A stretch of DNA of 64,000 bases, taken from NCBI GenBank assembly GCA_964057225.1, contig OZ059899.1:8866001-8930000 (forward strand). Direction: 5' to 3'. Source of the DNA: Auanema rhodensis. Its lineage: Eukaryota; Animalia; Nematoda. This document shows positions 12,444 through 23,180 of this stretch, in pieces. The notes below the pieces were generated by a model that did not search any database, was not told the origin of the DNA, and was given only the letters and a program-made list of their open reading frames with translations. Position 1 is the stretch's first letter, and every line of letters starts with the position of its first letter. The position numbers and the translations under genes are program-made.

Positions 12444-14307
12444 TTATCCATATTTTTTCATTACACTTAATAAATATTGCATATCATTACCCATTTCTAA
12501 CAGTAATTGAGTTGTATTTTCTCTTTGTTCACGCTCTTCTTTCAAATCGGATGATAACTGAGCAGCACGGCGTTCGGTTTCAATCAAACGAATTGATTTT
12601 TCAGTCAAGCTGTTTCTTATTTCAGATGACGATAATTGTTTTAGTTGCTTCATTTCATTAATCTAAAAAATCAATTTTTCTTAGAATTTATAAACAAATT
12701 TCATACCTGCTTTTCTAAAATCGTTATTTGTTCTTGAGCACTGATCAAGACAGCAGTTGTTTCACGTTGTGAAGCTTTTTGTTTTGAAACTTCTGCCACG
12801 TTTTTAGTTGAGTTATCTGAAAAATTTTCTTCAAAGATGCAGTTGTCATGAATTTTACCATTTAAAGTTGAAATTTTTTCTGATAACTCCTTATTTTCTT
12901 TTCGTGCAATCTGCAAACGTTTAGACATGTCATCAACGTTATTACGTAAATTATTCAATTCATTGTCATATTGTATTTTCTGATCCTAAACAAATAAGAA
13001 ATTCAAATATAAAATTTCAATTTAGTTTACAGCATTTGCTTCAAAAAGATTTTTATTATCCAATGATAGTTTGTCTGAAATAGCCGTCATTCGTTTACAA
13101 TGCATCTCCTTTCGATTGATCTCAGATCTTAATATTCGAATGTTAATTGAAGAAATTCTTAGATTTACTTGAGAAAATCGATTTCATTTTGTAAACGAGA
13201 CAATGTTAATCCATATTCTTTTTCACGATCTTCATGAATTCTTCGAACTTTTTCTAATTGACTTGATTTATTTTGAATAGCAGCTGAGAGTTCTTGATTA
13301 TTTCTTAATTATAATCATATAGTTATAAATTTGTATAAAACTAAATTTACATACTTATCCTTTTGTGTTCGTTTAATATTTTGATAATCAGAAAGAAGTT
13401 TTGTGTATTTTAGCTTCATCTCTGATTCTGTTTTTCGTATTTCTTCATGTTCTTTCTTCAAAAAAGATATATTCAAATTTGAAAATAAAAATTATTATAC
13501 CTGAATTTCATTCAATTGTCTCTGGAGTGACTTTCTATCAGATTTTAAAAATTCTTGTTCACTAGTCAAGTTTGTAACCTATAAACAAGATTTTAAAGAT
13601 ATGTTTCATATTAAATATATAAATATAAATAATAATTATCTTAATTATGAACCAAAAATATAATATTTTAATGATAATTTAGGATAATTAACAAACTTTT
13701 AATGTAGATTTATTATATTCTTCTCTTAGATAAGAATTTTCAGCTTTAAGCTTTGATCGACATATAGTTAAGCTTTTAATATTATCTCTGAAATACATTT
13801 TCAGCAAATAAAAAATGGATTAATTTCTATTATATTACTTATAAAATGCTTCAAGTTCTTCTAATCTATGCTTCTCCACTGCTTCACTTGATTCTATCCA
13901 AGATGTTAAATCATCACATACTGCTTTCAAAGCAGATGACTTAATCTAAAAAAATGTGATGTAATGAGAGAAAGAGCATATTTAGTTCAATAATACCTGC
14001 ATAAACTGAAGTTCAGACAATGTTTTAGTTCTAGCTATAGCTTGCTCATCACTCTCCCACTTTTGTTTCTCAAGCTCTTTCTCACGTTGTTGAAGCTACA
14101 ATGTTAGTATTAGACACATTTAGAACAGTTGTAAAGCTAAACCTGCGTTTTCAACAAATTCAATTTTTTTTTTAGATCAACAATTGCTGATCGATTAGTT
14201 GAACTAGATAATGAAGACAAATCAGGAAATGAGGTTGTATGAGATGAAAGACCATGTTTTGTAGACGGTGAAGACTTTTCAATAGAAACAGATATTGATG
14301 ACGACAT
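12444..14307 (-). CDS. Uncharacterised multi-exon coiled-coil protein (about 10 exons)
   Basis: Ser-rich N-terminus MSSSISVSIEKSSPSTK, then heptad-rich exons (LQQREKELEKQKWE, KSDRKSLQRQLNEIQ, NNLRNNVDDMSKRLQIARKENKELSEK, ETERRAAQLSSDLKEEREQRE) linked by short GT-AG introns. An alternative last exon near 12280-12320 is possible. Confidence 0.8.
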
Positions 14308-14421
14308 ATACAATTCAAAAACTAAGAAGTTATAAGTGAAATCAATATCTATCAGTATGAATAATGAATAGCACAAACTTTACATATATAGATAGATGCT
14401 AGACTCTCTGAATGACCTCAT

Positions 14422-14436
14422 TTTGAATTTCCCGCC
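14422..14436 (-). promoter_or_regulatory. E2F-site/CHR-like composite element GGCGGGAAATTCAAA
   Basis: Minus strand reads TTTGGCGGGAAATTCAAAA, 115-129 nt upstream of the coiled-coil ATG. The identical 15-mer lies upstream of thymidylate synthase. Confidence 0.6.
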
Positions 14437-14953
14437 AAAGCCATCATAGGCTACATGACAGGTGTTCTATTCCATGATCTTAATGAAAAACTTGAAGGAT
14501 AATATGAGAAAAACAATTTATTATCATATTTATATTGAAAACAAAACTTTTTTCAAAATAATATATAACTAGTATGACATCAACTCGTATAGCACATAAA
14601 TAAACTGTATGTATGTATCAAAGAAAAACCATATTGAGCACAAAGTTATTCTTTGGAAACAAACAAAATTATATTTTTGTTTACTATTTGAAACAAACAC
14701 AAATTTGTAAACACAAAAAGAAATGTAACACGTAACAGAGGTTGATTTCATTACCTCGTATGACATTTTCAAATAAATATAATATTTTCTAAATATAAGT
14801 CTAGTCTTATTCATTTTTTTGATAATCACAGCTGCATTTTAGATAGAAAGAAAATTATTTTGATTGTTTCAAATTGAGAATTATTTTTGTATTTTAACTG
14901 TAGAGGAATGTTAAGGGAAACGACATCATGAAAGAAAGTCTGTGTTGATTGAT

Positions 14954-17900
14954 TTAGATTGATGTACCATTTATGGCTGATGATGAAGATGCGTTACTCG
15001 AACGGCATTCGGTTTCCATTGTATCTCTTGATCCATGATACTGAACCTAAAATATTCAAAATAACTATGAAATATGTATGCAAGATATATTTTTACCGTT
15101 ACACGATTTATTGGGGAAAAAGGGGGATAAGATGGGCATGTTGGGACGCCTGATTCTGCTCTATATGAGGTATACTGAATATCAGTAGGATTAGATTCAT
15201 CATCTGAAAATAAATAACTTGTTTAAATAAAAATAAATATTTTCTTATTATTTTAATAATAAATTTGTTTTATATTTATATTATTGATTTATATATAGTT
15301 GAACCTGAATCAAAGTCTTCAAATTTCCAAGAAATATTATCGTGTGGTGATATGGACGATCGACGGCTCATGGGAACTTCATACATATTACTGCTGGCAT
15401 CAACACATAGTGTTGTTTTTGGCCTTAAAATAGAGATTGTTATCACAAAGTTCGTACAGATTCTGTTTTCTTGAGACAAATTTCTAACTTACGGAGTAAT
15501 AATGGATGAATTCATGGTTGTAGGGGGAGGAGGAGGTGGCGGAGGACAACGAGGACGATGTATAGTCGCTGCTCGTGGAGGTCGATCAAGCAACACTATT
15601 ATGGAATTAGCATCCATCTGTAATATTTTCCTTTATACATGATATAAATTAATATTTTACAGTTAATTATATATAAAAATATTACTAATAGAACAATTTC
15701 TTTCTATATTTTCTAAAATAATACTATACTTACAGGTGACGGTGGTACTTTTTGACTACTTGAGAATGAATTGGAAAAAATTTGTTGCGATCCTAGATTC
15801 TGTAAATAATTTATTACATATTGATTAACTATCTGATATAAGCAACCTTAAAACCACAAGGTTTTCCACGTGGATGTTTGAAACAATTAAGCATTTTAGC
15901 TTTGATAACTGCCAAACGAATTCCTTTATATCGGAGGGCCAAAACAAATAGTGCAATTGAAACGAAGAGAAATGAAAAGGCAAAAATCCACTGAAAATTA
16001 AAAAATAAGCAAATAGTAATTGAATGAAAATTATTGAAAATAAAATGAATTATACATATATAAATTGATATAGATGTAGTTAGAGTATAAGAAGTATTTA
16101 CGGTTCAAAGAAATTGTGGTCAGTTGGTGAGAGTCGTTACAAAGCTTTAACTGCTGTAATACGCTGAGAACTAAACTGATTCTTGGTAATATACTGAGTA
16201 TAATAAATTCAAAAAATATAAAATATAAATCAAAACTATATATAAAAAAAAGATTGAATATATTAAATTTATATAATAATGCTTTTTCGTAAACGCAACC
16301 TTTCTACAAAAAAAAAGATTTGAAAAAAAAAGTTGCTATGAGGTGAAAAGAGAAAATGTTGTGAACCGGATAAGTATGTGTAACGGATAACATCTGAACA
16401 GCTTAGGCGGGAGTTAGACTAAATGAAGGGTCAGCTGGCATTTGCGACTTCTAGATCAAAGTTAAGGATCATATGTCTTTCAACATTTTTTGTATTATAT
16501 CGCAATATTTGAAAATTGTTTTTTAAAAAGATTGAAAAATTATAGTTTTACTCATTTTAAAATTCGAAAAAATAAACTTGTAAATAGCATGTGATTGAGG
16601 AAAATATGAATGAAAAATCATAAAAGGACTAATCATTGTTTGATTTGAAATATAAAAACAAATTAGAAAGAAAATCTAGAACTGTATATGAACTATCAAC
16701 TTACGAGCCATGTTGGATGGATACGGTAGCGACATTCTTGAGCTATGCAATTCCAATCAGAGCAATACTTGGATAAGCCACAATCACATTGTTCATGAGC
16801 TTCCCTAATACCATTACCACAAATAGGTGTTTTAGTTCTGAATATAGTTTTTATTAGATTACCCTTTCTGAATATTCTAAAATGCATTTATAATATAAAT
16901 ATATTAATATAATATATTAAAATATTTGTTTAAATCTTACCTAAAATTGAGCATTGGTGATGTTTTAAGACAACGATTTTTGAAAATGATATCAACTAAC
17001 AACTGAGTTGTACAGTCGTGATCAAATCCTCTGAAACAAATATGTAATAGAATAGAAGAGCAAGAAGAAAAAAATGGAAAACAATTTAAGAAAAGAGAGA
17101 GACTTATTCGAACTAAAACGGTATTATAACTTGGAGCAAAAATGGAGAAATTGCACACGGTGAATAAATAAAACTTCAATGTGAATTATATTTGTTAATA
17201 GAATACTTTTCTTAAAGAAAATCTGTTTTTTTGACTCATTCAGTTTTACACAATTCTATGCTCCATGTTTTACCATTAGAAAATATAAAAAATAAATAAA
17301 AATTGAGGATAATTCTAATTTTAATCTTTTAGATCAAAGTTGAAAAACTATGATTTAGTAATTTACTTATTAATAACAGTATTATTAATATTAACATGGT
17401 ATAATTACGATCAGATAGCATTTTTATAAAATTACTAAAGAAGCTGTATTTGATCTCATTCGAATTGGAATTCAAATTTTTGGAAAAAAAAGGAAATTGA
17501 ATCAGGCACCAGGTAAGAAACGCAGAAAATACGGTTAAAATGTTGGAAAATGAGTCGTCAAAACGTAAAAGTGCGTGAGTGTATGTCTATTTGTATGAGA
17601 CTGAATGAGTTAGAAAACCAGAAAAAAGACAAACAACTCATAGATTCCTAAGGACCAATTGCCATGTACGGTAAATAGAAAAATATAATGGACTAAAAAA
17701 GTGAAAAAATTTCTTAAAAATTTCTCAATTTTTTTATTTTTAGATCACTTGGATTAACTTTTAAAACATAAAAATCAAAAGTTTCTGATATATATTCATC
17801 GTCTCTTCTTAATCCTTTTAGCAAACTAAGGAAAAAAAAGAAGAAGCTTCAAGTGCGTGAACTATAAGCCAATTTATACACTGAATTCGGTTTGATGTTT

Positions 17901-20900
17901 TCCTTTACAATTAAAATTTTTGAACTTACGGTATTCGTAGACAACCAGGACCCGAAGAAACGTCTGGATTTTCTTCTTCAGAGATTATACTAGAGTGACT
18001 TTCATTTTTTGAAATCGAAACAGATTGTGATTTGTTTGCTAACATGGAATGAGTTTCCGGACAATCACAATTTGGTACGTATATAGAAGTATTTGCTGGG
18101 CGATGAGGTACACCAACCAGATGAGCAACTTCGTGAAAGAAAATGGATCCCATAACTCGAGGTTCTTGAGGATAGAACTAAAACAATTTTTTCCTAATTC
18201 GTTCAAATTTGAAAGTAAATTCCTACACCACATAACATCACAGATAAATCTGAGCACATTCCACTGACAAACGCCAAACCACCGGGATATTTGTGAGCCA
18301 TTAAAACTGCAAAATCATGTTCCGGAAGAACAGACATTCTATAAAAATATGAATCAATTAATAAGTATTGAATCTATATCCGTTTTAAATTAAATGAAGA
18401 AAACATCTGCGAACCTTTGTTTACGATATTCTTGGAACATATACAAACTGAGATTACTTCTCATTGTCTGTAGAACATCCACTACGACAATACTGATCTG
18501 TAGCTGATTAAAATACTGAAAAAAGTAATTAAAAATATTTTTAATTAGTTGTTAAAAGTTATTAAACAAAAGTATAAAATTTATAGTACCGTGTTGGATT
18601 CTTCAACTACTTGCAATACCTCCTTCTTTACTCGTATCATATCAAAATTGTAGTGTGAGGTCTAAAATGGAAATTGAATAATTTCTTTAATTAATTTATA
18701 ATTTTTAAAATGAAATTTTACTGAAATAAATTCAATAGGCTATTAATAATCTATTATATTAATTATATATTAATCAATACTGATATTAAAATACGTTTTA
18801 ATTGTAGAATTACTTGTTTCAGCTGTTATTTCGAAAATATTCAGCTGAAAAATTTCTTCTTACTCTCTTTTATCGCTCCTCCTCTCAAACTGATTCGATG
18901 AAGTGAAATACAACGCATTCATATTAGTTTTCTTTTTAGAAAATTTGTTTATTTTGAATTTAATTTTTGAATTTTAAAAAGATAAATTGAATAACATCTT
19001 TTAAAATAAGTTCAAAGTGTTGTTAAATTTTCCACTCAAAGAATAATTTTGAAATCAATCTTCTTTGATCATTCAATCTGTGTTTGATATTTGAAATCTC
19101 TTCCTTTCATTTTTTTGTTCAATTCTCTTATCACCATGGAAACATGTACATGTCGTTTCAATATTATGATTTCCTTTATGAGAAGTCATTTTTTTGAAAT
19201 CAAATTTAAAAATAATTTTGTTACTTTCAATCTTTCTCATTTTTTAAATTTTTTCCTCCTCTAATACTTAATTCTTTTTAAAATATTATTTTATCTATAT
19301 TTCAGCTTTATACAATTATTGTTTACATAGTTTCCTATTAACATGTTGTCTGATGAAATTCAATTATCTATGGATAATCATTCAACATTAGAATTTGGTT
19401 CAATCAAAGCACCTCACAAACATTCCAATCTAGAGACATCAATTGAAATGTTTGAAACATTTAATACTATTCTTGCCAGTGTGTTGGGATATATATTACA
19501 CTTGAGTATAACTATTGGTATAATCAAAAAAAAAATATTTAAAGATGGTTTCATGGCATTAACATATTATCGAAGTTATAACGATATGGTATATCTATTT
19601 ACTGTTTTTATTATTTTTGAAGTAAGTTATTCAATATATGATTATATTATTTTGCTTTTTTTGCGAATTATCAGTCCTCATATCATTTATGTGCTCAAAA
19701 TATAGCCTGAATGAGCACGAAAAGTTATGTTATTGAGCATAATGAAAGAATATAATATATTTAAATATATTTGTTTTTGTTTTGTATTAATGTCATTTAT
19801 ATATTTTTAGATTCGAACACTTGATGGTACTGAAACATATGGACAACACTTTAGAAATTTATCATTAACAATACGATATTTTTTGATGTATGTCCAAGAT
19901 ATAGCTCAAATTTTACAATTACTTTTATTATTTCAATGTATAGTTCATCGTTTTTTGCTATTTGTACGGTAAGAAAATATTCTCAATCAAATACTTAATT
20001 TTAAAATGAAAAAATTATATTTTAGTCCCGGAGCGATTAACTTTACTTATATTATTTTTGCAATAATTTGTATTGGAGTTATTAGTATTATCGTCTTCCA
20101 AGGAGAAACTCCCACACGAAAAAAAGTAAAAGTGTTATAGTAAAATGAAAATTAATACTAAATTCAATATCTTTAAGTACTTACATACAGCTCTCATGAT
20201 AGCAACAATGGTTATGATATTATTTTGCATAGTTGTTCAATTTTCTCTAAGAAAACATTTTCGAGCGAGTAAATACAATGTATCGGTTTGTGAAATTCAA
20301 AGTAAAACATCAACATTTTTAACTCTTCTCGTAAGTTTTTACTATGTTTTTACTTTTAAATGAAAATTAAAAATCTAGGTTTTATTATATTCTACTTGTT
20401 ATTTTTTCGTTCCATTTCTTGCGGGAATAATTAGATCAGTATTTTTCTCTATGATTCGAGATAAATATCCACAAATCTATTTTTCAGAAAGTGCTAAAAT
20501 TCTAGATATGGTAAGTAAATAACAAATAATTTACAAAATATGTTTCAATTTTGATTATGAGTTCATTTAAAGGCTGCATTTTGTTTACTTCCTTGGTTAC
20601 CTTTTGGTAATGGCTTGTTGTCTAAATGGTCTATACAAGGCGCATTAGCTAATGGATCTCAACCAGGACGAGTAACAGTAGTTAGTGCACTGTCAGAATC
20701 ACAATTCTAAGCTTTCTATTCTATTATCAAATTCGCACAAAATAATATGTAATATTCAGCATATATACAGCCAATATTGCCAAAAACATATAATATTTTG
20801 TCTATTGACTCATATTGGACATGTATAGTTAAGAACATTCGGGTCAAATTTTAAAAAAAAAGATAAATTGAGATAAATAAGCAATATAATTACTTAAAGT

Positions 20901-21278
20901 TTAACATATATTATGTATCATGCTTTATACTTTTTTTCAAATTATATTGTTAAATATTTTTAAAAAATATGTGAAATAAACTTACAATTTTTTCATCCAC
21001 AAATAGTAGAGCATACAAATAATATCTAACATCCCGATTAACACTGAATATAATATATGTTCTTAAAGTTTTTTTGTGGAAATACTTACACTACATTTGA
21101 ATAATCTGGTGCTGGCTCTCCCCAGACGGCGGCAGATTTTTGGATTTTCTAAACAACAAAATAAATATAAACATAATAATTAGAATACAAAACATACTGT
21201 TCCTGATAATTGGTTGGATGGTTTGAGGATGGCAAGAAACAGAAAACAACTGAAAGCTATACTGGATAGATACATCAT
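14954..21278 (-). CDS. ADAM/reprolysin (M12B)-type zinc metalloprotease with single TM and Pro-rich cytoplasmic tail
   Basis: Signal exon MMYLSSIAFSCFLFLAIL; VRYYLYALLFVDEK; HDFAVLMAHKYPGGLAFVSGMCS; zinc motif HEVAHLVGVPH; disintegrin-start motif PICGNGIREAHEQCDCG; TM WIFAFSFLFVSIALFVLAL; tail with RPRCPPPPPPP ending AINGTSI*. Confidence 0.88.
19343..20710 (+). CDS. Serpentine 7TM chemoreceptor-like GPCR nested antisense in an intron of the ADAM-like gene
   Basis: Six exons (about 19343-19621, 19811-19968, 20026-20125, 20179-20330, 20379-20510, 20573-20710) give about 7 hydrophobic helices, with FKDGFMAL...NDM in TM2, CIVHRF (DRY-equivalent) after TM3 and LPFGNGL in TM7. Confidence 0.8.
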
Positions 21279-23156
21279 TTATGTAGAAAATCCTATGTTA
21301 TTTTCCGCAATTTTACATTTTTTTTAATTATTGATCGACTAATAAATCTGAAAGTAAATGTTGATCCGAAGATTGTTGGTAAGAAACACAGAAAATAAAG
21401 ACGGTTTGAAAAAGAAAATAATGAAAGGATTTAAGGTTAACAAGTCAATGCCGAATGCAACCAACCATTTTATTCTCTCTCAAATATGAAAAAGAAACGG
21501 AAAAGATTATTCAAACGTGAAAAAACGTGAAATGTTCACGTTAAGTTGAGAATTCTGAATCTACATTGGCATGTATGTATGTATATGGATATACAAATAT
21601 AACAACAAGAATTAAAGTATTTAAAAAAAGAAAATAAAGAAACAAAAATTTGTAAAAGGAATATAGTTTATAATAGAATAAATGAAGAAATTTCATTTCT
21701 AAATATCAAGAAACTAATATAATATCGCAGAAGTTGAACTTTTTGGATTTTTTAAAGGGAGAAAGGGTCACAAAAGAAGGTTATCTATTTTTTCTATTAC
21801 TCTTTTTAGTTGCTTTATAAGGTCAGATAGTACACTGAAAGTGCGGGCCCATCAAGCAAAATTAATTATTTTATATTATAAGAAAACCTAATTAATGTAA
21901 AAGAAAATTCACAGCATTAGTTTCTAGAAAAGATGGATGAAAAGGCATTTGATGTAGTTGAACAGTTCGCTTGTGATTGAAGAAGATATTGGGAGGGAGG
22001 GGGGGGCTTCAAATAGTATTGATGGAAGAGATACAAAGTGAACTGAAAAACATATAATAGTATCAAATACAGGAAAAAGTATAATGACGCCTGTGACATA
22101 GTAGAGTTTTTGGAGAAAAATAAACTATGTCAACAGTAGCAACATTGTTTATATTTTTATTGAGAAGAATGTATATGGAAGCATTGAATATGAATGAAAA
22201 CTTGCAGAATATGATAGAATAGAAGTAAAATATAAAGATGAAGATGATGTGGAATATATAGAAACAAAGAATATAAGCTTATTTATTTTGATTATAAAGT
22301 AACACAATGTTGCAAAGTAGTCAACACATATAACAATACATAGTGATTAAGATGAGAAATTTAGGAATAGCAAAACGGAGATATTTTTGTGAAAAGAATA
22401 AAAGAAGAATGTAGTGTCAAATGACAGTAATAAAATAGTTATTCAAGAATAAAAGCATATGTTGGACAGATTATAGTTAGACAGAGGTTGGGTCCTTGTA
22501 GAAGATATATGAGAGAAATGTTAGAGAGTGAAGAAACAAATTACTGGAAAGATTGTTAGGAATATAGAGAGATGGACTATTGTTAGGCGAAGGTCAGAAC
22601 AAGATCGCAGCTGGTGATGCTGGCACCATCACGATGAGTATGGTCTTTATGATGTTATGATCTTCTGAGATTAAAACAATTATAAGCAATCTTTGAAATT
22701 ATAAAAAATTGGATTTTTACTAATTTTTAAAAAAGATCGAAGTATGTTCATCAAATATGTGGAATACCTCTCTTCGTTTCAAACAATATTTTTTTTAAAT
22801 TAATAGATTTATGTATATTTAGAGGAAACGAAAATTTTAATTGAAATGCTTAGCTAGTCAAATCATGGCTTGCGAGGTTGTTTCTTGCAATGTGGTAAGG
22901 GAACGTCGTGGAGAACATAAAAACGTGGAAGAGGAATTTCTTGACGAATTTATGATGTGAACGAATAAATTTTCCGAGGACGTCTTCAGGTATGTATACA
23001 TTAATAGATTTGTAAGATATTTCTGTAAATCTTATTTTATTTTAATCAAAAAGTAGCTCCTTTTAAAGGCATTTTTGAAATTTTGATGTCAATGATAACG
23101 CAATCTTTAAACTGTTGAAATTATATCCGCCTGGGGGGGATAGAGGGTTAAAAGAA

Positions 23157-23180
23157 AAAGAAGAAGAAGAAGAAGAAGAG
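23157..23180. repeat. (GAA)n microsatellite
   Basis: Directly visible. Confidence 0.85.
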
